Assembly (NCBI GenBank): GCA_050273025.1
Contig: CP158635.1
Coordinates: 14,694,001 to 14,758,000 of the forward strand
Source: Cenococcum geophilum
Taxonomy: Eukaryota
Direction: 5' to 3'
DNA length: 64,000 nt
Shown: one piece after another, positions 34,872-47,000 of the stretch
How the letters are laid out: the number at the start of each line of letters is the position of its first letter
How positions within the stretch are numbered: the first letter of the stretch is position 1
Made by a program: the position numbers and the translations under genes
Notes under the pieces: model-generated
Databases searched by the model: none
The model's input: only the letters and a program-made list of their open reading frames with translations
What the model was told of the DNA's origin: nothing

Positions 34872-37370
34872 ATGAATACAAGGAAGCCAATCCCGTTTGA
34901 AGCTGCCTTTGATCCTTCGTCGGGCGACTATATCTCTATCTACTCGCCACCGGTTGGATTTTGTAGTTGCGTCGATTGCGAGAACCAATTTCGCAGCACA
35001 GATTCTCAAGGCATTGACCGTCTAAGTTATGCAGAGGCATTGAGTACTGCTGAAGCCAGCGAAATATCCATTTCATATGCAAAGGACATCAGGAAGGACC
35101 TTCAATATCTCCGAGATCAAGTCGCTTGTCATGGAAACACAATCATCAGTCGTTGGAAAAAGAGAAGCCGCGAGAAGCGAGCTGCTGCCTTGCTCAAAGC
35201 CTTTCCTAAGATCTTCCCACAGCAATGGTCTGGGCCTATCATTAATTACGACTACGCGAATGTGACTTGGCGAAAGGCACGAGAATTTCGCGAAGCACTA
35301 CTTCTGCCGTATTTGAATCTCGAAGTACTAAGGGACGATGCACTCAAGTTCCTGGGCCTGCTTTATAATCGAACGAAATTTGATCCAGAGGATTGGGTTT
35401 CTTTTGATTCACACCAGACTAGGACTAGTTGGGCGACAGGAGGATTTCGAACGGATTTCGCTGAGTGCTGTATTGTCTTCTATGGGCTAAACTATGGCGA
35501 GGTGGTTCCTTGGAACAGTGACCAGGCTCATCGATGGGACATTATTGGCTTTCCGCGAGGACGGCTAGTTCTTGAGGCTCAGCATTTTATAATGCAATTC
35601 TTACGAAAGATTGTGGAAGACCTACTGGACGGTGTCGATCGTGTTGGCTTGTCGGATAAATGGATTGAGCTTGGAAATTCTGGCTTTCGCAGATCCTTCG
35701 GAGCAGAGACCTGGTCGGCATTTAGCAATCAAGCATATTCGGCGCCGGTTTTCGATGTTGATCGCCTTGTCAGTATTTCACAAGCCCGGCTCGCAGAATC
35801 GGAGGATCACCTGTGGCTCCTTCAGACCGATCCAGCATACTTCCAGATGTTTATAAAAAATGAAACTCAGGGACGTATCTTCAAGGAAAATGATCCCGAA
35901 ATATGGAACCGGAACGTTGCACTGAATGCCTGGGTAGAACCCGTGGGAAAAATGCAGACTTGGCGCTGGGTCGTACAAGAAGTCGAACGCATGAGAGCGC
36001 AATATCTCAAGTTCCGTGACAGTATCCACGTCGGAGAACGCTTGCCATCAAAATTCGAATTCGCTATCGCAAGCCTCGAGCTTTTACTAATCAACCTTTT
36101 GCTCCATCGTACAAAATCCTTAGGCATGCTCTTGCCTCGGATGATTGCGTTTCAAGACCTATACAAGCACGATTATTCTCAACGGGATCAGGTCAGAATA
36201 ACGATAGATTTAAAGAAAACTAGGAGCACAAGGGAGATGTTTTACAAGGACCCGCTCCATTGGTGTTTAGAGCAGATGTCGACAGACCCTGAAAATCCAA
36301 AGATGTTTGACGCGGCGATGCTGTTCGGGTTTCTAGACGACTGGCTAGGAAAAGACACTACATCTGTCAAAGACAAATGCCGTCTCGATCAAAGGCTGCT
36401 TAGTGATTTGTCTGATCTAGCAGCAAACCATGAGCTACTAGCTGTAGTCAGACAGCATCGGCCAGTCTGCAAGCCGACGTCGATAGAGGAGGCACGGGCA
36501 AAAGGTGCTGATCGCCAGGCTTGGCGAGGTATGCAAACCGGTGATGAGAAGTACAAGCAATCAAAGCAAGATTGGGAAGCACTAGCGGCACAGCTTAAGG
36601 CAGTTCTAGATCTTCCATTTCCAAAAGGGAAGCACGACCGTGCCTGGCTGGAAAGTGCGGATCAAGTGCGACAGAATTTGAAGAATTTCTGGACCAAGGC
36701 ACGAGAGATGCACCGGAAAGCATTAGAACATTCGAAGCTATACACTGAGGAAGATAAACAGCAAGAGCTTGCTACTATGTCGTTTGATAGCACTATTGAG
36801 CACCTTGCCGTGTTAAAAGCTGAGCGAGACGCCATCCTCGCACCGAAAGCGCGTACAAAGCCGGATGAGCTAGTGTCCGATGATGCGGGGACTGGTTGGA
36901 ACATAGGGCCGGCAATGAAACTTCCATCTACTTCACTGTTATCTGCACCGAAAAGTAAGACCAAAACCCGACCTGAGGTTTCGACTTCAAATGCGGATGT
37001 GGCAGAAGCGCCCAAGACCCCAGTCATTGAAAAAACGAAAATCCCACCACTGGCAATCATTCAAGTCAAGCCCGAAAGCATGCGAGTTCTTACGAGAATG
37101 TTTCCCTGCACCCCAGAAGAATATTCAGGGAAGCCAGTTGACTGGAGAAGCTTTGTTGGGGCAATGGAAGATGCCGGATTTCCCGCCGCACAGTCAGGTG
37201 GATCGGCCGTTACTTTCACGAAAGAAGGAGAGGGCAGGATAGTCTTTCATAAGCCACATCCAGTTGCGAAAATTGAGCAGACTGTCTTACAGTCTTGGGG
37301 GAAGCGAATGGGAAAGTGGTTTAAATGGGAACGAGAGACTTTCGTCTGTGGTAGCGCAGGCGTTTCATAA
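34872..37370 (+). CDS. Intronless 832-aa fungal protein with C-terminal HicA-like domain
   Basis: Long uninterrupted ORF; first ATG outside the palindrome is at 34872 (MNTRKPIPF). C-terminus VDWRSFVGAMEDAGF...GGSAVTF...RIVFHKPHP...WGKRMGKWFKW. Confidence 0.85.
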   Translation: MNTRKPIPFEAAFDPSSGDYISIYSPPVGFCSCVDCENQFRSTDSQGIDRLSYAEALSTAEASEISISYAKDIRKDLQYLRDQVACHGNTIISRWKKRSREKRAAALLKAFPKIFPQQWSGPIINYDYANVTWRKAREFREALLLPYLNLEVLRDDALKFLGLLYNRTKFDPEDWVSFDSHQTRTSWATGGFRTDFAECCIVFYGLNYGEVVPWNSDQAHRWDIIGFPRGRLVLEAQHFIMQFLRKIVEDLLDGVDRVGLSDKWIELGNSGFRRSFGAETWSAFSNQAYSAPVFDVDRLVSISQARLAESEDHLWLLQTDPAYFQMFIKNETQGRIFKENDPEIWNRNVALNAWVEPVGKMQTWRWVVQEVERMRAQYLKFRDSIHVGERLPSKFEFAIASLELLLINLLLHRTKSLGMLLPRMIAFQDLYKHDYSQRDQVRITIDLKKTRSTREMFYKDPLHWCLEQMSTDPENPKMFDAAMLFGFLDDWLGKDTTSVKDKCRLDQRLLSDLSDLAANHELLAVVRQHRPVCKPTSIEEARAKGADRQAWRGMQTGDEKYKQSKQDWEALAAQLKAVLDLPFPKGKHDRAWLESADQVRQNLKNFWTKAREMHRKALEHSKLYTEEDKQQELATMSFDSTIEHLAVLKAERDAILAPKARTKPDELVSDDAGTGWNIGPAMKLPSTSLLSAPKSKTKTRPEVSTSNADVAEAPKTPVIEKTKIPPLAIIQVKPESMRVLTRMFPCTPEEYSGKPVDWRSFVGAMEDAGFPAAQSGGSAVTFTKEGEGRIVFHKPHPVAKIEQTVLQSWGKRMGKWFKWERETFVCGSAGVS

Positions 37371-39508
37371 GATTGTCACTTTGGAGCAGAAACTCTATGA
37401 CGTTCGGTTGGAAAACCACGGAAAATTTCTTACAGAGTTTGGAGTTGAAAGCCCGTCTGTTGGCATCAAGGAAGATCAGTAGTACCGGGAAATTTGTTAT
37501 ACCTAAGTATAAGAGGACCTCAAACCTCAATAGCCACGTTTTGTTCGTTTCAGTCTTAACTTTAAGATGTAGATTTCACATCCCTCATTCTTTTTAGCAC
37601 TCTCTTCATGTCTTCTCATCTCCTCTATCTCTTCCTCATCTTATTCACCGCTACTATCGCACCTGCTACCTCCTCCGCTCTTTTAGAACTCTCCATTGTT
37701 CTGTGGGTGCATTTCAACATAGCTATATAGCCCCACGACCAGCTCCACAAGCGTTTTCCGGGCCCCAATCTATCCCACATCAACCACTTCCAAAACGCAG
37801 CTGGAGCGTGCTACATACTCTTCTCCAAATATAGCCCAGCCTCACGACTGGTAGAAACTCATCCCAGGGCCTCCATTAACTCGTAACTGGTACTAGTTCT
37901 ACTTAAATAACTTTACCTACACGTTCTTAAAAGACTAGAAGTTTAATAAAAGGAGATTAGAAGCTTATAATAAGACTTATTATATAAGATCTAATACCTT
38001 TAGTCCTTGTAATTAGTGTATATACACTAAGAGTAGTAGTTGCGTTAAGGTAGGTTTTCCTATTAAATAGTTTTATATTACTAACTTTAAGCCTTTTAAT
38101 AGCCTAGGCCTAAGCGGTGGCATGCCTTTAATATCCTTAACTACTATATCGCCTAGGCTCTTTCTTATTTTAGTGCTAATACTAAATAACTAGGTCGAAT
38201 TTAAGACTATACTTTAGCTACTTATACCGCCTATAACTCCTAGCAAGCTAGCTAATAGCGCCTAATAAGAAAGTAAGGCTAGTATATTATTATTATTAAT
38301 TCTATTTAACGTCTAATATGGTCCCTATCTAGGTCTATATAGACTAATACCGTAATATAGGTACAAAAAACCTCCAAGGGGGGCGTAAGAGGTAATGTAG
38401 CATGTACTCCACTAAGTAGTACGCCCGTACTACGTTAACGGGAGGAAAAATACCGCTAGGTCGCTATTCTGGGATTCTTATAAGGGAGTATCCCAATTAC
38501 CTATCTTGCCCTATCTACCGCTCGTACTATACTTCTATAACTTTATAGATTGCTATAAGATTACCGTATACCTACCCTTCTTGCCCTATATGTGTATATA
38601 TATCGCCTATAGTCCTCCTACTTATCCCTTGCGCTGCTAGTGTTTAATAAACTGTGGCCCGTGTACGACGCTTAGGAAAATCAATTTATTAACGCCTAAC
38701 CACCTATAAATATAGTTGATTAATTGGTTGCGCATAGCCCACAAGTTATTGGACGAATTTAACAGTGTAAGGGATAGTATAAATCTAGTCCTATATAACC
38801 TTCTACTCTAAAGAAATAGTAGGATAAACTAGGTATTTTATCTTAGGGCCTTAACCTAGGTCCTATATACCTTATCTCCTATACCTAATAACAGGGTGGT
38901 TGTCAATAAGTCAATAACGCTTCAATTAATATTGATATTGATTGGTTAATATCAATCAATATTGATAATCTTGTTAATAATTAAATAATAGCTAAGCTAC
39001 TCCAAGCTTATTATTTGTAATACCACTCCGTTTCTAATGTTTTGAACACTCTACTCTCTTAATATTTTCAGCTCCTAGTTGTGCCCTTTCCCATAAGATT
39101 GTACCACGAGCTCCTAAAAAGACTCTCTCTGGCTTATCGCTTATTGCTAGAATTAATAGAATATTAATTGCCATATATAATAATCTTGGCCAACGTTTTC
39201 TTTATTAATCTTAATATTACTATTTAAGAGCAGATACATCGGGAAAATATTCGCAGGATGAGATTCAAGTAGACTTTGTTAAGCGCGTTTCGCGTAATTG
39301 ACATGCAATTTGACCAACTTGACACGCAATTAACCAACTTAACATATTTAAAAGTTAAATAACACGCAGTTAACCTACTTAACAACTTTAAAAGCTAACT
39401 ATATATTCCTTGACATGCAATTAAGGTAAAGTTATATACCAATTACGCAAATAAATTTTTACTATTTTCTTAGCCTATAGTATACTAGCATATAACATAT
39501 TTAACTAT

Positions 39509-39750
39509 TACACGAAGCTCTGCACGAAGCTCTACACGAGGCTCTGCACGAAGCTCTGCACGAAGCTCTACGTACAGAGGCTCTGCACGAGGCTCTGCGC
39601 GAAGCTCTGCATACGGAGGCTCTACACGAAGCTCTACACGAAGCTCTACACGAAGCTCTACACGAAGCTCTACACGAAGCTCTACGTACAGAGGCTCTGC
39701 ACGAGGCTCTGCGCGAAGCTCTGCGTACGGAGGCTCTACACGAAGCTCTG
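39509..39750. repeat. Minisatellite, 12-bp unit (acacgaagctct and variants)
   Basis: Directly visible tandem array. Confidence 0.95.
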
Positions 39751-39884
39751 CATCGGGTCCCCGCTATATTCCCGATAGCCTCTACACGTGTCTCTGCCTA
39801 TGTAGCCGCCTTATTTTTTACCCTTCCTTCCTTCCTTACATCCACCCTACCTAGGGAGGCACTAGAACGGCAGCCAGCAGAGGA

Positions 39885-40262
39885 CCGTTGCTAGAACTAG
39901 ATGACTATCGCTAGAACCAGACGACCGTTACTAGAACCAGACGACCGTTACCGGAACTAGACGACCGTCGCCAGAACCAGACGACCGTTACCAGAACCAG
40001 ACGACCATTGACAGAGCCAGACGACCGTCGCCAGAGCCAGACGACCGTCGCTAGAACTAGACGACCGTCGCTAGAACTAGACGACCGTCGCCAGAACCAG
40101 ACGACCGTTACCAGAACCAGACGACCGTCGCCGTCGCCAGACGACCGTCGCTGTCGCCAGAACCAGATGACCGTCGCCAGAACTAGACGACCGTCGCCAG
40201 AACCAGACGACCGTCGCCAGAGCCAGACAACTGTCGCTAGAACTAGACGACAACGACTAGCC
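39885..40262. repeat. Minisatellite, 20-bp unit (ccagaaccagacgaccgtcg and variants)
   Basis: Directly visible tandem array without spacers. Confidence 0.95.
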
Positions 40263-40306
40263 AGCGAACACTATAAACGATTCGATCGATCAATTGAATC
40301 AAGGTA

Positions 40307-40680
40307 GCATAGACAGGTAGGCACAAACAGGCAGATGCTGACGGGTAGGCAGATGCAGACAGGTAGGTAGATACAGACAGGTAAGTAGATGCAGACAGGC
40401 AAGCAGATGCAGATAGGTAGGCAGATGCTGACGGGTAGGTAGATATAGACAGGTAGGCAGATGCAGACAGGTAGGCGATGCAGATGGGTAGGCAATGCAG
40501 ATAGGTGGGCGATGTAGATAGGTAGGTAGATGCAGACAGGTAAGCAGATGCAGACAGGTAAGCAGATGCAGACAGGTAGGCAATGCAGACAGGTAGGCGA
40601 TGCAGACAGGTAGGCGATGCAGGCAGGTAGGCGATGCAGGCAGGTAGGTAGATAAGCAGGTAGGTAAGTTAATAGGTAGA
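40307..40680. repeat. Minisatellite, 17-18-bp unit (gcagacaggtaggc(a)gat and variants)
   Basis: Directly visible tandem array. Confidence 0.95.
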
Positions 40681-43600
40681 TACGTAGAAGAGAACCATTG
40701 CTGTATTATATTAAATTATCTAAAATAATATTTATTTTGCTAGCCTTATAAATAGCTTTAAAGTAGCTTTTGTTTATTTAAAATATGCTATTAGTATAAA
40801 AGAGGTAAATATAATTATAGTTGCCAAATGCGCAGATTACTGGCAGGTTGCGCGCAGGTTGCGCGCAGGCTACGCGCAGGCTGCGTGTCAAAAAAACACG
40901 ACATAGGCTAGTCGGTCGAGTTGCCAAATGCCCTCAACTGCGCGCCAATTGCGTCAACCACCAACCATTGAGGCCATTGGTAGGGTACCATATTTTGCCG
41001 ATGTAGCTTCCTAATATCGTACGGTTCTCCATTACTATAGTCTTTATACTTATCCTAACTTGCTAGCCGAGCGTATATTCCTAGATCTTAAGCAATCTAA
41101 TTAAATTTATTAAGATCCTAATCTTAAGAGGGTTTCCTTTCGTATAAGGAAGGAGTGAGAGGAGTAGGTGCTTTTTCCCGATAAGACTCCTATAGCTCTT
41201 TTACCTTTTATAGTATTGGCTTTTGCCATTTAGCCTTCTAGTTTGCGCGAATATACTTTATATAACGGTTTAGATAAAGAATAAGGGCAGCTGCATAAAG
41301 AGGAGAGTTGTTAGTTTTACTATAGTACTTATTAAAGGTCTCCTACCCCTTCCTAATTTAGGAGCTAAACTCCTTATTAGAAGCATGCTTAGACTACTAT
41401 ATAGTATTAGCCTTATCTAACCTAATTAAGATTTCTACTTATAAGGGCCTTTTTAAAGTGCTTAATAAGAATATCTATGGTAAAGAGTACTCTGTTAATT
41501 ATTACGTAGTCTCCCTAAGTTTCTAAGGTTGCTTAATAGAATAGTTAAAGGAATACCTTGGTCGTACGAAGAAATTCCCAGTCCTTTAGATAGAGATACT
41601 CTGTCTAAAGTGTAGTAAAGTAGCTCTTTAAATATATATTAATAGCGCTTAACTATTGTTTAGCTATAGCTAGCATTTAATGCTAGCTATTCTATCTCGT
41701 CCGGTTATTAAGTAAAATTATTCTTCCTGCTAAATCTTTAAACTCCCTTATATAACTAGCCAAATTATAAATATATATAATAATATTATAAAGCTTTCTA
41801 AGTGGTCCTATAGCCCAAAAAGCTGCCCTTTACTTAGCTTTGCCTTCCACCTTCCCTTTTCCTTCTTATTCGTCGTACGACTTAAGTTACTCTATCTCTA
41901 TTAGGCCCTAAAAAAAAGCTTATACAGCTAAGTTAATAATATAGCTAGTATAGCGGATCCGTTAGAACGTGTTGCTTATATTTGCCTTAGAAGCCGTAAT
42001 CGCATAATATTAAAAAGCCTTTAGTTTTTTAGGGGGTGTAGTATAGAAGTTAATATTATTAAGTGAAATTCCTAAATAAAAACGAAGGGGTTAAAAAGAT
42101 GCTACTATTACTGCCGCTATTATTATTAGAATTACTATTACCTTATATCTTTCTAATAGCCCTAAAGGACGGGTTACGCTAGGCTTTTAAGTCTATACTA
42201 GTCCCTTCTTCGCTACTAGCTTATATCTATAGTATCTACGCTAAAATAACCCTACTAACTTAATAGCGAATTAAAACGTGTAATCTATACTCTGCTAGTA
42301 ATTACCGTTTATAATATATAAAGGTTTATATAGGCTTAAACTCTATTATAAGATTAATACCTATTAGGAAACTGCGATTAAAACCTAACTAACTAAGCTA
42401 GCATATTTAGCCTCTAATAGGGGCATTACACTAAGCCTCCTTATTAAGGAGGTTAGTAGTAAAGTGCCTTTACCCTTATTTCTTAGAGTTAAAGCTAGCG
42501 CTAATGTGTCCGTTTTCTAACCTAATTATACTAGTAAACTAGATCACCCGTACTAGATCCTTTACAAGACTATAGTTCCTAGGGTTAAATAGGTAGGGGG
42601 CGTGCCGTAATTCTGCTATAAGTATTAAAAGATACTTTAAGTAATAAGAGTATCCTTAAATCTCTTCCCTAGATCTAAGGAACTTCCTTAGTTACACTTT
42701 ATGGAGCCTATAGCCGATACTTAACTTCCTAAATATGCGCAAAAGCCTTACTTTTACCTTTACCTATAGCTAGATATTATAAATAATATAAGGGGGTAGA
42801 TAGCGCGAGTAGATTAGGTAATTACGCCCGTATTTATCTTACTGCGCCCTTTTAGCCAATGCAGCTACTGCATAAAGTCCGTCTCCATTAAGAGATTAAA
42901 TACGCGAATTTTTCTTTAGTATTTATTAGCTAAGAGTAAGATTATAATACTAGCTCTACTAGAAGCTAGGCTATGCTACTAAATGGGTTATTTACCCCTA
43001 AATTCCGCCTTATAAGTTTTAGGTCTATATAAAGGATATTTTTATATAACCTATGCCTTCTTAGCTAAATAGGGGGCTAGATTAAACTAATGCCCGGCGG
43101 CTTTTTTAATTATAATATAATCCTCTAATTGTTAGGGAAGAGTAAGGTTTAGGTTTAGGTTAAAAAGGTACTAAAAAGGGCGAGGGCTTTTAGCTTTTAG
43201 CAGCGCAGCTTTAACTAAGCTAAGTAACTAGCATTAGCCTATAGTTTTACTAAGGACCTACTTCGGCGTCCGGCTTCGCCTTTATTATAACACTATAATG
43301 TAATACTGCCTAACGCGTCCCGTAGCTCGTAGTAGCTATAACCTATATAATCTATTACTAGGCGGTTCTTAGTATATCTATTTATAGCTATTCTAACAGG
43401 GATTAAGTCGTATATTGTAGTTATATTTAAAACACTGCTAAAGGCGAAGGTAAAGAAGAGGATAAACCGAAATGTTATTCCGGTGCACTAATCGGTAGGG
43501 GACGTAGGTAAGAGGAGAGGAGAGAGAAGAGAAAAAAGGAGGAATACGGTAGGACTAAAGCATATATTAACACTAAAAGAGAGTATAAATATGTCCTATA

Positions 43601-44079
43601 AAAAGCGCCGAAGAGTTATAGTGCTAAGTAATTATTAGTATAAAATATGCGGAGATTGGGGAAGGTGGGTAGAGCACCTATATAGACGCTAAGGGGATAG
43701 AAAATGCCTTATGGCTAATAGCTAGAGTCTAAGGTGGCACAGTAGTGGGAAAGAAAAGAGGAGATAGAGTATAAGGGTAAAAGTAGCGAGGGAGAAGGCC
43801 TTTTATAGTTGAGGTTAAGGTTATATCTTAGCCAAACTGGGGTAGAGAAGCGAGCGCGCCTTACCTATAAAGGAACCTCCATTTCCTAATATGTGGTCTC
43901 TATTTTATTTTTTACTATTTAAACTTATAAGTAATTTTAGGCTTTTTACTAGTATAAGGAGTATTAATAAGGTAACGATTAAGAATAAGAGAATTAGTTT
44001 TAGGGTACTAGCTATGGTTAAGGGTTTCTTTTAAAGATATATTATAGCGATCGGCGCTTTATTTAAGTAAACAAAGTGT

Positions 44080-47000
44080 TAGTGTCGCTGCATTAGGAAA
44101 TAGAGGCTTCCTTTTTAGGCAAAGCGCCTTACTTTTTAACCGTGGCTCCGCTAAGACTGCCTCTTAACCTTAACCATAAAAGGCCGTTTCCCTCGCTACT
44201 TTTCCTCTTATCTTCCATCTTTCTACCCTCCCGATACTGCGCCGCCTCCTCTTTCCACTGCTAGTCCCTAGTATAGTTATATTAAGGCATTTCTGCCGTC
44301 CCTTAGCGCTTATATGTATATAAGTCCAGCCCGCTTATTCCTCTTTATTCCCTGTGTCTTAGACTAATAATTAATATAGTAAATTGCGGCCTTTCTAATA
44401 GGGCGACTCTTTTACGGCAATATATAGATGGTTATAGCCTTTATTTCTAATCCCCACCTCTAATACCGATGGCCTTAACTATTATTAAGCCCTTTTAGCG
44501 CTGCCTCTGTCCGCTAATCGCGTGCATATCCTTACAATCCTGTTTTCTCTCTCTCTCGCACTTCCTTCTCTCGCCCCCTAGGTGATGCTCATCCCATAGA
44601 AGGGGGTTAGGGGAAGTCCGCAGTTACCGGCCACGTTAGCACCGTCGTCTTGTTTAACTTTGCCCGCATCCCTACTTAGCTAAGGAGGGACAAGCGTACC
44701 ATATCGCCCCCTTTAAGGGCTTAAGCTAGCTTACGTTGTATTTATTTCAGCTAACCCACTTAACTTAATTACGCGCTCTTTTCTCGCCTAGGATGCGCTA
44801 TTAATTAGACTATCTACTTTAGCGTTTACTAATAGTTAAAGTTACCTGTATTATAATTAACATGCGTACTAGGCTACTTAGTAGGAAAGCAGCTAAAGAT
44901 CGCTAATTTAAGCAACCACCCTATACGGGGCTATGTTAGGCATTATTTAAATAGATATCGTACGAAGTATTACCTAGGTGGCCATTCGTGCCTGCCTAAT
45001 GGTATAGTTATATTGCTATAGGTATTTTAGAGACGCCGTTTAATCTGCTAGTTTAGGGCTAAGGGGCTATTAGCTCCGCCTGCCTTACTACTTAGCAGTA
45101 AAGCAGTAAAGGATTAATAATCTGGCCTTCTAAGCTATAGGGCTATAGTGGGAACCACCTAGATTAAAATTGGAAGGTTTTAGCTTTTAGGCGTATAATA
45201 GATTAGCAATACAGCGGCACGCCTATAAAGGAATCTCTAACACCAGCCAGCTATATTAGGAGGGCGAGCATTATACAGCACCCTATGCAGTACCCTATGC
45301 AGTTCTTTACCTAGCACATTTATATATTTATATACGGTCACCGTGTAAGCGGCAGGCGTATCTATTACTAGGCTATTAGCATTAGAGAGCCCCACTACTA
45401 ATAAGAATACTACCTCCTTTTATTATAGATAGCTTATAACGCGTATGTATAAGCGGGGTTTTATATCCTACTAATACGAGCGGCGTAAAAGATTAGCTGG
45501 ATTAGAATTATCTAAAAGCGAATAGATATATTAGCGCTACCCTTTACTAAGGAATAAGGGTAGGGAATTTACACTATTAACCTCCTAATAAGGGGCTAAA
45601 TATAATAGCTGTGTTGAAGCTAAATATACCAGCTTAGATAGGCGGATATAGTTTAATCGCAATTTATTAAGGGTGTTAATTAGGCACTAGGAGTTTAAGC
45701 CCTTGTAAACCTTTATACCCTATAAACGGCAATCTACTCCGGTCTATGCTAGAGGTATACGCATTAAGTACTTTAATTTAATAAGAAGCCTAGGTAAGGG
45801 GTAAGGGGTAAGGGGTAAAGGGTAATAGGTAAGAGCTAGCGGCAAAGGGAGGACTAACGTCCACTTAAAAGGACCTATAATTCCCCCTTAAAGCTTTTAA
45901 AAGGTATAAAGCAATGGCAACTCTAATAATGATAATAACGTTAGCACCATCTTAATCTTTATTTCGTTTAATAATAACACTTTCTATACTAGCCCCCCTA
46001 GAAAATCAATAGCTTCGCCTTAGTATTATACAATTATAGCTTCTAAAAAAGGCGTAAGTAGTATACCTTAGACAAAGCATAAAATACCTCTTTTTCCCCT
46101 AAAAAGTTAAAAAGCGTTTAAAGCTTGGATAATCTTAGGCATATTATTCTATTTACTTAGTTTAGAGATTCCGTCTAATAAAGCGCCTATAGACCCTATA
46201 TATAATTATAAGAAAGCTTATAAGAAGTATTATAAGGATAATAAGAATAATAAGGATAATAAGGAAGATTTCTATAGGGATGGAAATAACAGTTAAGTCT
46301 CTAGAGGAAGTAGTTAAGGTAATTACCCTATAATTACCCTACTATACTTTCCCTATTCCCTAGTAGTTATAAATATATATATCTAATAACTAGTAAAAAA
46401 TCTAATAGTTATTAAAGATAATATAACTAATCTAGACTTAAAAGCTAAGGGCGATAAAGCTGGTAATACTAATAACAAAGCTAATAAAGCTAATAATTAA
46501 CCAATACCTTATAAATTAGGTATGCGCTTCCCCCTTTAATTTACAATAGCCTTATTTAATAATTAGTAGGTAATAGAAATAATAGTAGTAATAAGGACAA
46601 TAAAGATAATAAGGAGCTACCTTTATTAGAAGCGCTAGAAGAGGAGGTATATATACTTACGCATAATTATACTACACCCTTAACGCTAGACAGCAATTAA
46701 ACGGATAATTTAGCTAAGGGGTATTGCATTAGAACTGCTCTACAGTTTAGGCAGAAGCTTAAGATATTAATAGCTACTAGTTAAGAGTCTTTAGGAGCTA
46801 AGAAGTTAAAGAAGCGAAGGTCTGGTCAGCTCGATTAACTAAATAGCATTAATTATATCTCTAATACTTCCGTTAATAAGAGTAGCAAGAGTATATAATC
46901 TAGAAAGTAATAAAGGTTACCTACTTTCTGGAGGACTACGCCTTCTAGCTCTCCTACCCTTGGCCTTAATAACGGTGACGGTATTAAGGAGTAAGTAGTC

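Larger units (their letters stand above)
39237..41003. mobile_element. Non-autonomous 1767-bp TIR element with TA target duplication, filled with minisatellites
   Basis: TA|CATCGGGAAAATAT...ATATTTTGCCGATG|TA (13/14 TIR match). Removing it plus one TA restores the hAT frame GEPYDIRKLSALK**. Confidence 0.88.
38892..43900 (-). mobile_element. hAT DNA transposon with RIP-degraded transposase, interrupted at 39237-41003; 5' limit approximate
   Basis: De-RIPed motifs RIRCTGHIINLAVQAF (~41910-41965), GPLGKLHNI (~41790), DNRTRWNSW (~41690), and dimerisation domain RWPRL..MAINIL.I.AISDKPERVF.GAR..I.WERAQLG (39050-39200). Terminus cagggtggttg at 38892. The other end was not found. Confidence 0.85.

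Noticed and set aside
38330..38770. Short TIR-like fragments (e.g. 38638-38767)
   Set aside because: Too degenerate to pair ends or find TSDs with confidence.
39509..40680. Possible CRISPR array and the ORFs 40008-40307, 40271-40495, 40299-40583
   Set aside because: Contiguous tandem units with no unique spacers, no cas genes and a eukaryotic context; the ORFs are translations of minisatellites.
44913..44923. caaccacccta as the second hAT terminal repeat
   Set aside because: Only ~11 nt match, not followed by the expected 8-bp TSD (cctaataa), and internal to the mirrored region.
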